Source of the DNA: Sphaerodactylus townsendi
Lineage: Eukaryota
Assembly (NCBI RefSeq): GCF_021028975.2
Contig: NC_059427.1
Location: 127,782,001-127,846,000 of the forward strand
DNA: 64,000 nucleotides
Direction: 5' to 3'
A program made the translations under genes and the position numbers. Under the pieces are notes generated by a model. It saw only the letters and a list, made by a program, of their open reading frames with translations. It did not search any database and was not told the DNA's origin. This document shows positions 1 through 13,900 of this stretch, piece by piece (the first letter of the stretch is position 1; every line of letters begins with the position of its first letter).

Positions 1-1988
1 TCCATAAACACCTCCACAGCACTGAAAGCTAGCATGAATTAAAAGACTCATAGCCCTGATCTGAAGCCTTGCACTCTAATATTGCTGGATAATCTTCAGG
101 TGTGTCTGCTCCGCAGAGAGCATACAGGGAGATAGGGGGCCTGTATGATCAGAGAGTCAATGGAGCTTCAGATTGTGGTTCTCTGTTTGAATTAAATAAA
201 TACCTGGAGCTAGATGTTAAATCCTCGTTCTCTGCATGTTCTGCAGATTGCTCCTCGATTACATTGTTTCTGGGGCTAGCTTGGAGTCTGCAGGATTCCT
301 ATGGCAAACCCCTGCTGATTCGTAGACATTTCCCTTACCTCAATTCCACTGCTACTGTTTGAGAATCTCTGAGGCATCTGGGATGTGACAGTGAGGACAC
401 AATAATCAATTGAGAGCCATTTATATTTGTTTAAGCATGACAGTAAAATCCGTAGTTCACCAATGTACACATTGATTTGTGGACTGATATTGGTACTGTT
501 TTCAAGCATGTCTATGTGTTGATGTTTTTGTTCTTTGAAATTTGTAATAAAGTAATTAAATTTTTTTAAAAAAATTAAAATTAGTCTGCGCTAAATTAAC
601 AAATAATAATGTTCAGGCTTTTGTATCCCAGATTTCTTTGCATGACCAAGGTGCAAGGTTTGATCTCTGGCATTTCTGTTTAAAGGACTTCAGGTGGCAG
701 GGCTGGAGTAGACTTAAATCTAAGTAGAGATAGGAGAGCAGCTGCCAATCAGAGTAGAAAGCACTGGGACAGATGGTGTCCCATATACTGAACTTGTTCC
801 TGTAGATCTTGGTAGTTCACTAGACTAGCTTTCCATTGTCAAACCCTGAGGATCCTAGTTCAAGCCTCAAAAATTCTGTCTATGTGTACAGAACATCTGA
901 GATCTCCAATTAAAAGGTTCTTAGATAGCAAAGATATGAGGAAATCATCCTCACAAATGATTATGTTGTCCTGAACTCAGAGTTAGAGAAGAATTTCATT
1001 GTTGCCCACCATCCATCAGAAATTTGAAATCAAAACTTTACCCCACTTTCTGCTATCTTCTTGTATAGTTTGCATAATCTGTGTAACCCACCTCCCTTTC
1101 AAGCATCCAGATTTTACCAATTTAATCCTTATTCTGCCTAGGCAGTGCTATAGTAATGCATTATGTACCTCTTCTCTCTGTATTACAAAAGGTGCCATAA
1201 ATGTTTCATGCTCTAAGGAGGCATTTGGTTACCAAATATTTGCAAGGTCAATACTACTTTGTGTTTAAATGCCATACAACTACATTTTTTTTGCATATCA
1301 AAATGATAGTTGAATCTTATTATTAGTCCTGGCTCATCTTAAACTTACTGGGGGGTTTTCTTCTGCATTTATGCTAATGTGATTATCCAAGTGGAATGTT
1401 GTTCAGGAAATTAGTTTTCAGAAAACTCCAGTATCCTGCTAGCTTGGGATTTGAGTGATTTGAATGGGAAGCAGAAACCTATAACATGTGTCAATTAGGA
1501 ATCCACCTGAAGGACTATTAGTACACACTGATATTTACAGAAGATTGTCACTGTGCAGTAAATGAAGGTATGACTCCTGTAAAGTTGGGAGTGAGAAAAG
1601 ATAGAAGATGAAGAAATAAGAGAACACAGATAGAAGAGGAAGAGCTTTCAGTGTTTTCAAAATAAAAACACAAATGAAATGTGGGATGATTTTTTTTAAC
1701 TCATACGAATTCAGAATCTGCAAATTTATATCTGTGGGTTATACCCACAAAGTTGGTAAAATATACATGATAGAAAAGGGCAAACTTACCAATGTGGTGA
1801 GATAATGCAGAAGCTTTATGCATAGGTTGCTGAAGGATTGAAAAGTTTATTTTCATAGATCATATTGGGGATATGCATTGTCATCTGCCATTATTACCAA
1901 TAATTATGCTTAACACCAATAACTATTCTGTGTGTTTTTGTAACTCAGATGTGATGTAGTTTTCACCCAGAGTGCTCACACTCTAGGT

Positions 1989-2066
1989 CAGGGGTGGCCA
2001 ACCTATGGCACTCCAGATGTTCATGGACTACAATTCCCATCAGCCCCTGCCAGCATGGCCAATTGG
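1989..2066. mobile_element. Half copy of the same hAT MITE
   Basis: Matches the left arm of 20690 and ends at the CCAATTGG palindrome centre. Confidence 0.8.
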
Positions 2067-4689
2067 AAAACACGAGATATATTACTCAACCAATTTAGAG
2101 AGGAATACACTTTAGAATCTGGGAATATCAAAATACCAAGTAACACAAACAAAAAAGGTCAGAATACTAAGAGTGTCATAGTATGTAGGAGTCCAAGAGG
2201 ATGATGGGCTTGTTTCATGACAAGAGGAACCTTAGTAATATGTATCTTCCTCCTTGACATAATGAGTGAGAAAGCTTCCATGACTGTGTATTGTAAATTG
2301 CATTTTACTCTTTCCATTTTTCTTCTACCATTGGGTAATTTTTCTGCTCTGATTTCCTTCCTGAGTACTATAATGTACTTCTTTGAGTCAGTCTTCCGTG
2401 AGGTTACCGCGCTGCATCGAGGTATTGTTGATTTCCTGCAGTTTCCTGAACAGGATTAAAAGATGTGGGGAATGAAAATCCTTGATTAAAGCCAGGAAAA
2501 TGAAGAGACGGTTTAAATGTCTTAACTTTTGTGTGCCACTCAGCTATGCCTTTTCAGTGTTCAGGCTGCTGAGGCTGAAACATGTGAACCCCTTGTTCAC
2601 TGCCGTAATGGCGACTGTTAAATTGAATGAAGAGCTGTTCGTGTCTGAATAAAAACTGAAAATGATCGGTGAAGAAAGGCAAATTTTCTTCATATGTTCA
2701 TTTCTAGGAGGAGTCATTTTGCAAATATCTGTGCTTCAAGGTCTATTTAACCAGTTTTGAATTGGCCTTGCTAATTACAGCGCTGTCATTTTAGATGAAC
2801 TTCCAGCATGTGCACTCTTGCCTCGTGTTTAGTTTCTGCAGATTTTTTTGTATGTATTATTACAACAGAAATAGAGCAACTATTCCCTCCTGCTGGTGGT
2901 ATTTTCTTTCATCAGTACAGTGACTCAGGTGGTTCAAACTTGACCAAGAACAGTCTTGAATGTGTCACTCATGTTGAATCTGTGCTATGAGCAATCCTTT
3001 CATTAACATATGGGGAGTCCCATTCCAATAGTTATTCTAATGTGTCTAAAATCCTTTATATGTCTACCATTCGCTTTAGTTACTGAGCAAGGGAGGAACT
3101 GCGGTTCTGAATTCCTTTTTCTTACATAGGTTTCCCCCTCTCTGTCCCCATTGAAAGAAGAAGATGTGGGTATACGAGTTAGGTCAGGTTCTCAAGATAG
3201 TGAAAGATACTTTCTCTCTGCCTCATCTTTCATGAACTTTAAAAGGAATCTCAAACAGTTCAGATTTCCCAGCAGTCCTTATGTAATTTTCTGCATAGAC
3301 CCAAGAGCACAGGATGCAAGAATGCTGATCAGGGGAAAGGGGGCTGTGGAGAGCTTTCCTGGTGCCTGATGCATTGACAGCTGGCATTTTCCTGACTTTC
3401 ATTATTTTTGCCTGCTGCTGTCCTTGTACCTTCCAGAGTGAAAATTCCAAATATCCAGTTTGTTAAATGATTTCATATTCCTGCCATTGTCCATAGTCAG
3501 TAGGCTAGGAATATTGGCTAAAGTCATTACCAAATAGCAGTATTAAACACTGGTCGTTTGTTTTCACAACAATTGCTGATTGGTCAAGTTTGTGTATTCT
3601 ATGTCCTTTTGGGACCATGACTGTTTAGTGACAGATAGGGAGATGCTTGTGTTTACTATGGGAGGCATGTTGTCCCTTTGTAGTAACTCATATACAGTCT
3701 TAACATGGAGTGTGCCTAGGGTAGCCATTGTAGTTTGGTACTGGTGAGGCGATAGGGAACTCTAACCCCCAAACCCTTCCTTGTAACAATCATAGGTTGA
3801 TTCCTTCCCAAGGATTAGTCTTCCCAAGCAAACCAAGTGGCCCCAATCATTTGCATTCTAGGACTTTTTCTCCCTGGCCAATTAGCCAAGAGGGTATAGT
3901 CACAACTTTTAATTTCCTTTAGTTTTTGATTTTTGTATTTTATTCTTTTAGGCCAGTTGTCACTATTATTTGTTATTATTGGTAATTGGCCATAAATAAA
4001 GTATTGATAACTATCTAACTAGGTTTTTTTTTATTTTGAGTGTCTGTTCAAGGTCAACTTGCTGTGTTAATTTTTCCTACACAGAGAGAAATCCCAGGAT
4101 AGATAAAAAATAATGATGTGATCTTCACATATTGAAATTAGTCGACAAAAAACAGCTGCAGTCAGATCAGGAGTTTTTGGCTTTTTGCTGTTTTTCAAAG
4201 TTGACCATGTGATCAATAACCGAGATACCATTTCTTGTGGGTAGAGTTCAGAGCTTTCTACAGAAACACAGCAGATGTTAATGACACAAGATACACAGCA
4301 AGGAATTGTGGCTAAGTACATTAGAACTGGCCCAAGGGACTCATGTTGCACTGATTGTAAGGGGCTCCAAGCACAGTTCACAGTGCAGGCTATCTGAAGG
4401 AATACCTTCGTAAGGCTAGGGAAGGACATGACAGAAATCACCAAGGAGACCTAGTGTAGGATGTTGTCACATTAGAGGTTCACCAGATAACCCAAATTGT
4501 ATCTTTCTACTTGCTCTCAAAGGCACGTTGAGGCTAACTCTTTGTATTCTTTATGAAAATGGTAAAATCTCGTGTCTTCAGGAGGATTTTTTGTCTTATC
4601 TGAAATGCTGGAAATCCTATATTTTATGGGCAAGATTTTATGTCCCACTGCTGTGTATTGTGCTGTTTGTTGTGTAATAGACCCTTTTA

Positions 4690-5322
4690 TTAATTGATTT
4701 TATTTATACTTATACTGTAAACTTATAGACCACTCTCCCCCGAAGGGCTCAAGGCGGCAAACAACGTGGAATATAATAATATAATATAATAATTTAAAAC
4801 AGTATTAAGGCCCATAACAATAACCTAGTAAAAGTATAATCAGAACCATATAGGACAGATGGCAATAAAAACCCACCCCTCCCTCCCCAACTGAGCCCAC
4901 CGGAGGCCTGATTAAATGGGATCACACTCAACCCAGCTGGCCAAATGTCTGGCAGAACAGGTCCGTTTTACAGGCCCTGTGGAAACTCTGTAAGTCCTGC
5001 AGGGCCCTGGTCTCTCTAGGGAGCCTGTTCCACCAGAGTGGGGCCAGGACCATAAAAGCCCTGGCCCTAGTGGAGGCCAGCCAGATGTGTTTCGGGCCAG
5101 GGACCTCTAATAGGTTCTCCTCTGAAGATCAGAGGGACCTAACGGGGCAATATGTTGTCATGTTAGGGAGACACAGTCCCTCAAGTATGCAGGCCGCTTA
5201 TGGCCTTAAAAGTTCAAACCAACACCTTGAATATGACCCGTAACTCAATGGGCAGCCAGTGAAGGTGGTACAGGACCAGTGTAACCTGGTCCCGACTGGA
5301 AGTCCCCGTGAGGAATCTGACT
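4690..5322 (-). mobile_element. L2-type LINE 3' fragment
   Basis: The minus strand reads LHWLP (near 5250-5265) and RAF..APTLWNRLP (near 5020-5062), typical of the L2 ORF2 C-terminus. AT-rich tail at the left end. Confidence 0.75.
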
Positions 5323-5982
5323 ATACATTAATTGTACATTTGTATGATATTTTAATTTTTACAAGTTTGAAGATTTGGTAGAGGGCAAGGTTTAAATTGG
5401 GGGACCAGGGGAGAGGTTCTTGACATGTAGACATCTGATAAGATATCCTGTGAATCATGCCTATGGTAACAATTCCAAGATCCTATTACCCAGATAATAT
5501 TTAGTTGTTTATTTATGTCTTTACCCCACATTTGCCTCCAGACAGCATACAACATGGGAAAAAATAAATCAGCAAACACCAAAGAAAACAAAATGTCTGT
5601 GTATTGTTCTGGTGTTAAATTTATTGGCTGGCTCATTTGAAAGCATAGTCTGTGAGCCATGAGCTAAGACCAAATGGCCCTTGAGCTCTTGCTTTGCACA
5701 ACCAGGCTTTGTAAGGTTAAAACGGGAAAGGAGTCTTCAGCAAAGAAGCTACACAGGTGACAAAGATAAGTGTTCATACAGCCACTGTTGCATTTAAATT
5801 TATTTGCCACCGTCCCAGCCAGCATAGGTATTAACACCCTAGCAGTTAATGAGAGTGCCACAGTTTGATTTGGGGATGCAGGGGCAGGGGGGGAGACTTG
5901 GACATCAAGCTTCATGGGCTTGATAAGTTCAAACCCACACACACATCCTAAGTAAGTTCCCTCTGAAGTTCAGCCATCATTA

Positions 5983-7352
5983 AGAACATAAGAACATAAG
6001 AACAAGCCAGCTGGATCAGACCAAAGTCCATCTAGTCCAGCTCTCTGCTACTCGCAGTGGCCCACCAGGTGCCTTTGGGAGCTCACATGTAGGATGTGAA
6101 CGCAATGGCCTTCTGCGGCTGTTGCTCCCGATCACCTGGTCTGTTAAGGCATTTGCAATCTCAGATCAAAGAGGATCAAGATTGGTAGCCATAAATTGAC
6201 TTCTCCTCCCTAAATCTGTCCAAGCCCCTTTTAAAGCTATAAAGGTTAGTGGCCATCACCACCTCCTGTGGCAGCATATTCCAAACACCAATCACACGTT
6301 GCGTGAAGAAGTGTTTCCTTTTATTAGTCCTAATTCTTCCCCCCAGCATTTTCAATGAATGTCCCCTGGTTCTAGTATTGTGAGAAAGAGAGAAAAATGT
6401 CTCTCTGTCAACATTTTCTACCCCATGCATAATTTTGTAGACTTCAATCATATCCCCCCTCAGCCGCCTCCTCTCCAAACTAAAGAGTCCCAAACGCTGC
6501 AGCCTCTCCTCATAGGGAAGGTGCTCCAGTCCCTCAATCATCCTTGTTGCCCTTCTCTGCACTTTTTCTATCTCCCAATATCCTTTTTGAGATGCGGCGA
6601 CCAGAACTGGACACAGTACTCCAAGTGCGGTCGCACCACTGCTTTATATAAGGGCATGACAATCTTTGCAGTTTTATTATCAATTCCTTTTCTAATGATC
6701 CCCAGCATAGAGTTTGCCTTTTTCACAGCTGCCATGCATTGAGTTGACATTCCCATGGAACTATCAACTAAGACGCCTAAATCCCTTTCCTGGTCTGTGA
6801 CTGATAGCACTGACCCCTGTAGCGTGTATGTGAAGTTTGGATTTTTTGCCCCTATGTGCATCACTTTACATTTTGCTACATTGAACTGCATTTGCCATTT
6901 CTGAGCCCACTCACCTAATTTATCAAGGTCCGCTTGGAGCTCTTCACAATCCTTTGTGGTTCTCACCACCCTACATAATTTGGTATCATCCGCAAACTTG
7001 GCCACCACGCTACCCACCCCTACTTCCAGGTCATTTATGAATAAGTTAAAGAGCACTGGTCCCAATACGGATCCTTGGGGGACACCACTCCCGACATCTC
7101 TCCATTGTGAGAACTTCCCATTTACACCCACTCTTTGTTTCCTGTTTCTCAACCAGTTTTTAATCCATAGGAGGACTTCCCCTCTTATTCCTTCATTGCT
7201 GAGTTTTCTCAACAGTCTCTGGTGAGGAACTTTGTCAAAAGCCTTTTGGAAATCCAAGTAGACAATGTCCACCGGTTCACCCCTGTCCACATGCCTGTTT
7301 ACACCCTCAAAGAACTCTAGTAAGTTTGTAAGACAGGATTTGCCTCTGCAAA
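5983..7352 (-). mobile_element. CR1 LINE, 5'-truncated (RT C-terminal half + 3'UTR), frameshifted
   Basis: ORFs 6568-7290 and 6176-6562 carry CR1 RT motifs (YLDFQKAFDKVPH, GVPQGSVLGP, KFADD, RPHLEYCVQFWSP). The 3' end is an (AAGAACAT)n octamer tail. It has a 1-nt deletion near 6575 relative to the second copy. Confidence 0.95.
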
Positions 7353-8666
7353 TTCAGAATGGCCTAATTTTGGTCCCATCATGCTGCCTCCATTTCCAAA
7401 AGTTGCTAAGGGGAATGGGTGGGGTGGAGGTGCTCTGAATAGATACAGGCCTTGACTCTGCCACACGTGCTTAGGGTTTTGTCCACAAATACTATGAAAC
7501 AGAGAAAATGAAATTCCTTTTCTTCCCAGTGTTGGTGGATGCTGTTGTGCCTGCTTATGGGGATATCCATTGAACTTAAGAGCTACATTTCCCACCCTTT
7601 TGACTGTCCCTGGCTGCACAACAGCACCCTGGCCTTAAATCAGAGGCTTACAGTGGATGTGATCTGAAACAAAGAAGCAATTAATTGAAGGCCACCCAAT
7701 CAGTTTTATGGCTCAGCAAGGCTTTGACCTCTGGGTTTAAATGTGTGAAGTCTATGTTTTTTCCCCCTACAGTGGCTCTCCCACAATCTCAAATTAATCA
7801 AACCACATTATTGAAAGGGTCTTCGCTGTATTAAACAGAAAAGCTTGTTTTAGTGTTTGTTTCAATGGAACTGTCCTCTGCTAAATCCATTGTGTACCAG
7901 ACAGTCAAATAGTAATTTAATCTGTAGGTTTCATGAGCAAATGAAAAGTCAGAAAGATGGTTCTCTTGCCCTGTCACCTCTTTCTAACCAAGGCAAGTGT
8001 ATGTAAAAGAACATAGTTCACAGACAGCTCACGATTGCTAACTGTATTCTGTTTAAGACTTTGGACACAGGTTCACAAACAATTGCCTGCCAACTATTAA
8101 AGTGGGCACTCTGTCATGAAAGCTTATGCCAGAATAAATGTTAGTCTTTCAAAAGGGCAATCCAAATGAGGAGTTGAAGCCACATTGGAAGCAGCAGAAG
8201 CCCTATGCCAACATCCATTCCCACTGTGCTACACATTGGCATGGAGCCCCTTACCTCAGCGTTGGCCTTCAGTGTGGATGCATGGCAGCTGAAGCTGGAA
8301 GCTGGCCCCTGAGTGATGGGCCTCCCACACAGTTGCCCACACCAGCATTGTGGGGGGCATTCCAGGGCATTCCTAGAGGTAGAGGTAACAGTTGGCTCCC
8401 ACTGCTCTTTCAAGCCAGGAATGCCCCCTCCCAGCAATGCAGATTTATGCCACTGAAAAGTCTGGTGTAAGTGTGCAATTTGATTTTCCAGGGAATTTTC
8501 CCTGGAGCCCGCATGGACCTATCTTTTGCCTGTAGCACTGAAAAAATGGAGTGTTACATGGAGAGCGGTATGGAGTGGTATGCTGTTACATGTATTAGAG
8601 CAGTATATATGACAAGTTGGTCAGAAAATGTGATTGGAAAACTTTTTTCTTCCCTGTTGCTTCTAG

Positions 8667-8785
8667 GGGTTTCTTTCAACAGCGTTTACACACAGATTTG
8701 GAGAGTTCTCTTACACTTGGCTGCTGATCCCTACCCAGATGTCTCAGACTTGGCTATGAAAGTGCTCAACAGCATTGCTTACAAG
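8667..8785 (+). CDS. RPTOR: Raptor coding exon (about human exon 21): (G)VSFNSVYTQIWRVLLHLAADPYPDVSDLAMKVLNSIAYK
   Basis: Pyrimidine tract + TAG acceptor at 8664-8666 and AAG|GTAAAT donor. 119 nt, phase 1->0. The peptide matches recalled human Raptor residues 801-840. Confidence 0.97.
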
Positions 8786-9923
8786 GTAAATCTCCACGTG
8801 CTTCTGAGTTCCAGTTTCCAAACCTTGTGCCCGTTGCAAGAAGATGGATCTTGTTCTTGATATTTTGGAAGTCTTTCTGAAAAAATTACCAGTAAACAAC
8901 AGACTGTTGAATGCCTTGGAGTAAGGCATAAATTTCTCAGTGCCCATTATTTCTTTTGGTTTGTGGTCAGCTCTAAGGTCTGGGTAATACCACTTATGTA
9001 GAAAAAAAGATTTGCTTTTCCCCAAATAATTTTTTGCCTAATTCAAGTATAAAGCATCTGGGAAAAAGAAAACTGCAGAATTGTTAGTATTGGGCTTAAA
9101 GCATCTCAGAAGATAACTTTGTCCCATCACTTTTAACTACCTGATTCCTTACTGTGGTCCCTCTGCTCTGAACACAATGTGCAGCTCACATCTTCTTTCA
9201 CTAAAGAGTTAAAACTGACTCTTGACATCACCTCTGAATCTATCATCTGAGAGTAGAAAGATAAAGGAGGGGAAAAAACCAAGCTGCAGGTGTCCACGTA
9301 GAAATTACTGGAGGAATCAGAATATGGAAGGACGTACACAATTATTTCAAATATAGCTTTTCTTGGATGTCTAGCTAGTAAAGTTGGCCTGACGCATTTT
9401 TTGATTATTTTCTTTGCAAACTTGTTTAGATTATGCAAGTGAAAGTAAGACTGGATTGCAGATTGAAGCCACAACGGCTGCCCAGTGCAGGTGATCTAGT
9501 ACATGTGAGTCAGCATGCAGACACTCCATCCCACTCTTCACCTCTCTTTTGAAAGCACTACCATCACTGCTTTCCTTCATTTCGCAAGGATGATTTGTTT
9601 GTTTTTTTATCTCAGAGGCTGCTGTCACGATTATTGTAGAAGTACTAGCTCAAGGAGCTTCAATAACTGGTCTTGGTATCACATGCCATTCGTGATAACA
9701 AATCTTCTGCCAAACAGCAAAGCACTCCATAAACACTTGGTATATTTGATTCTCAAATACCTTTATACCTGCTCTCACTAATATGCAGCTGAAGATCATT
9801 TGGACATTCATCACTCCAACAAATTAATAGCATGAATGAGTCCAGTGTAGATGAGATATTTAACCGATGATTCAGCCAACGTTTAAGATTCAAGTTCCTG
9901 AGTTACTGATGGGATAAAAGATG

Positions 9924-10317
9924 CAGTGGCAAGGCTACCAGGGGATGGGGGGGGGTGCGCCACACACCGGGCACACAGCTTTGAGACACGTGGGGGGCAG
10001 AAAATTTCCCCGACCCCTCCCCCCTTGTCGGTCGTTTGCTCAGCTCACTCCCGCCCCCCCAGCGACGCCCCCCCACACTTACTTTAACAAATGGAGCAGG
10101 CTGGAGAGGAGGCCTGCCTGTGTTCCCTTCCAGGCTGCAGACAGCCTGGTGAGAACTACATTTCCCAGGAGACCCTGGGAAATTTAGTTCCCACCAGGTC
10201 ATTTGCAGCCTGGAAGGGAACAGGCAGGCCTCTTCTCCAGCCTGCTCGGTTTGCTAAAGTGTGTGTGTGTGTGGGGGGGGCCAAAAAGCCAGAGTGTGCC
10301 GCCCAGCTACGCCTCTG
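9924..10317. mobile_element. GC-rich MITE (PIF/Harbinger-like termini) with palindromic core
   Basis: CAGTGGC...TACGCCTCTG termini and an internal inverted repeat. Related to 23391-23750. Confidence 0.6.
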
Positions 10318-10789
10318 AAAAGATGCCACCAAATTAATGCACTGGCCAGTATCCTATTATCTCACTTTTCCCCTTAAGACATTAATTTTTCATTTAAAAC
10401 ATTTATTCACTGGGATTCGGAACACACTACATGATCATCTCAGCTAGTTGGCCATGTCTCTTGGATTTTTCATTACAACATTCTTTGACAACTCAGAGAA
10501 GCTAACAATTCAGTTCCAGAAAAATATCGGCATGAAGTTGAAAAATCCTGATTACCCATATCTAAAGTGAATGATGAAGAGGGGAAATTATATTTTTGAA
10601 TGCCTGATTTACTCACATTGGTATTGTACATGACGTCAGCTAGATAAAACTATAGATAAATGAATACAGGTGAGTCTGAAATGGATTTATACTAGAATCA
10701 AGGTTGTGAGGTTTTTAATTGTTTAGATATTTAAACCCCATTTATCTCCCCAGTGGGGGCCCAAAGCATGTGACAACATCATTCTCCTT

Positions 10790-13500
10790 TCCCATGGAGT
10801 CTACACAGTCCCCATTGTACGTACATAGTCTTTGATGATAGGGAGTTTTGGTGAATCTCCCTGTTAATACAGCTGATGGAAGACCATTACAGCAGGCCAG
10901 TATCATTGCTCTTCGTAACCTGGGCATGATTATTTGATGAAGGTATTTCCAATATAAGGAATGCCCAGGGCAAGAGGAGAGCAAGACCTGGAGGCCTTTT
11001 CAGTTAGGGTTTGATGTTCCTGATCCAGCAATCTCCTTTTCAGTAATTGAAAAATCTCTTTGGATGAGAGCATAGTCAAAGAGTCCAAGGAGTAACCTAA
11101 CTTGATGATTTTAGATTCGATAATACCCCCACCATTCAGAGTAACAGAGAGTCTGCAGGCCTTTGTACATCAGAGAGATGGCATCACAGTTGAAACAAAG
11201 GCGCAGCCAATATTTGTGAATATGTTGAATATTCTTGTTCAGGTCATTGCATTTGGTAGCGCCATGTGGTATACTTTATCATAGCATATTGAGCTTGTTC
11301 TATATATAGTCTAGGATCTGGGTTTGTTGGGATAATGGGATAAATTGAAATTACACCCTCCCCGTTCTATTCAGTTTATAGCAATAGTTATTGACTGTCT
11401 GGTGGATCATGTGTTTCTCCCTGTAGATCGGGCATGCACCTCATTCTGCCTCATTCATGGTTAAAATTCACACTTATCTTGATTATTCAAACATTTTAGG
11501 CCTCAGCCATACCCTGTGCTCACTTGCACATGAGTCCACTGATGGGTTTTTTTTTTAATATTTCAGTCATTCCCGTATTCCCTGTGGAAATAGTTTTCTG
11601 GGTCCAGGCATATTTTCAGGTCTTTGGCTTGGTGGTTTTGTGACTGATTTGTCGGAAGGCTGAAAGCTTGTAATACATCCTCCTGAAACAACAGCTGTGG
11701 TGGATGCCTCTCTAAAGGGTTGCGTCTCTAAAGGGATGCCCATTGTGGCCTACTCTTGGCTAATGGTGTTTGGTCCCTCTCTGAGTCTAGGTTACATATC
11801 AATCTCCTGGAACTCAGGGCCACCAGGCATGAATTAACTTGTTTGCAGCTGTTCTGTGAGGCAAGATAATCCAACTGGCTACCAAAAACATAACTATTAA
11901 TTTCTATTCCCACAAGCAACTTAATGTCATCAAATTAGAAATGGTCTCGAAAAGGCCCCACATTTGAGCTCTGTTTTTTTCCCCTGTTTGGACCTGTTTC
12001 CTCCCACATCAATTTTAAAGGCTCCTTTCCCCATCCCAGCTTCTACAGGGAATGGATTCCTGTTTATTCAGTGGGGAAGTCTTTTTCATATATCCCCCAC
12101 CCCCAACCATTACTGTCATGGGCAGGGTGGTGTCCAACTTGCAGAGCAATAATGCATTTAGAGCAGATAGCCCCATTCCAGCCCAGGCAGGTCAAGTTTC
12201 CTAAGCTGCGGACCTTGACGGGAGAAATCCTATTCCACTCCCATTAGAGGAGGATCTGATTCACATAGGGTCCCTTTCTTTATCATGACCTACTACTGCT
12301 TCATCTAACGGCCTGGCTGGTAGGATGAAAAGGGAAGTTTCTTCTAGGTTTGCCTAGATTTTAACTTGCTGTCACAAACCTTCCGTGCACAGACATATGG
12401 CTAATGTTGTAATTTTCTGGTTGGGCTTCCACCTTTTGGACATTCCCAGAGTCCTCTTCATTAATGTCTGTTTTTATTACCTTTTACTTTTAAGGATACA
12501 GGGTAGGCAGGAGCCTTTATTAAATTTCCCTTGTCTGATATTTCCGCATGTCATGACTTTATTTAATTATGTTTTTCTGCATACCTATCTAAGAAGTTCC
12601 TAAAGGTCTAAGAAGTTTCTAAAGGCTTTAAATCTCTACCCTGCCTTCTCCCCAACAGTCCCTCAGTGGAGTCTGTCCCTGTTTCTTGCTAAGCTGATGC
12701 ATAAACTGTTCAAACCTATGGCTCTGTGAGTTATCTTTCCTTTAAGACAGCCTTTTTAGTTGCCATTACATCAGCCTGTAAGTTAGGTAAACTGGGTGCC
12801 TTATGGAGTGATCTCCCCTTTCTCTGAGTTTCACACTGACATGGTGGCCCTATGCCACAGCTTACATTTTTCTCCAAGGTTTTGTCCAGTGTTCACCTTT
12901 TCCAATATATTATACTGTCAGTCTTTTTTCCTGCACCATCCAACAAAGCACACTTAGCCACTTAAGATATTAGCAGAGCACTGCTGTTTAATTTAAAGCA
13001 TACAAAAGAATTCTGCAAAGATCTGGAACTCTTTGTCTGCTGAGGGGGGCTGTGAAAAGATTATCCATTTTATCCTCAGTCTCTTTCTCTGCGACGGTGT
13101 CTGCTATCCAGTGCTTCTATTCTCTGGCTCAGATAACTTGTTCGCTACCACTCCATCAGGGCTCAGGTGTCATCTGTCACTCTCCTCTCAAGTGTGACTT
13201 TCTCTGACATCTGTAGAGCTGCTACATGGTTGTCTGCCTCCACCTTCGTCAGACATTATTCTGTAGACATAAATTCGAAATGTGACTCAGCTGTTGTGAG
13301 ACCTGTTCTACAAAGTCTGTTCAGTTAAATATGCCACACCCGCCAACACAGTAAGCAAGCTTACGAATGTATGTGTTTGGGACTGTTCAAAAGCCATGAG
13401 GATAAAAACAGGGTTTCATTTACCTGTTGCTAATTGAGGGGTTTCCTGTGCAGGCACGAATCCCTCTCTCCTTTCCCAGCTGTGGGCTCTCTGTTCAATC
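10790..13500 (+). mobile_element. Decayed DIRS-like tyrosine-recombinase retrotransposon (RNase H, MT-like and YR remnants)
   Basis: Hand translation gives DASLKG (11703), HINLLELRA (11795), KTAFLVAITSA (12744) and HSIRAQ...ICRAATW..STFVRHY (13149-13259). Boundaries are approximate and there are many stops and frameshifts. Confidence 0.85.
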
Positions 13501-13639
13501 ATGGAATACTAACTGTGATTTCTCTATTAATTTGGAAAATGTGAGATACAGGAATTAAAAGTTGACTATGAAATACATGGATCTCTATCTTGGATTTGAA
13601 ACCAAAGACTCCACTGTGTAAGAGGAAGACGCGTGTGTA

Positions 13640-13900
13640 TGTGCAAAGTCCCATCAAGTTGCACCCAACCTTTGGCGAACCTATAGGGTTTTCAAGACAG
13701 GAGAGATTCAGAGATGGTTTGCCATTGCCTGGCTCTGTCACATCCCCAATATTCCTTGGACATCTCCCATACAAATACTAGCCAGATTCAAGGCTGACTG
13801 ACTGGCCCAAGGTCACCCAACAGGTTTCCATGGCAGAGTGGAGATTCGAACCTACGTTTTCCAAATTCTAGTCTGACACCTTAACCACTATACCATGCTG
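13640..13900 (-). mobile_element. tRNA-derived SINE (antisense)
   Basis: GATTCGAACC and CCTTAACCACTA box complements plus a GCCCAAGGTCACCCA core. Confidence 0.7.

Noticed and set aside
100-580. Possible L1/Tx1 3' fragment (AATAAA plus A-rich tail), with similar hints at 1620-1900 and 5345-5660
   Set aside because: Too degenerate to assign without a profile search.
8471-8860. ORF-track 129-aa ORF, and similar ORFs at 20037, 21346 and 43855, as standalone genes
   Set aside because: These are Raptor exons read through into flanking intron sequence.
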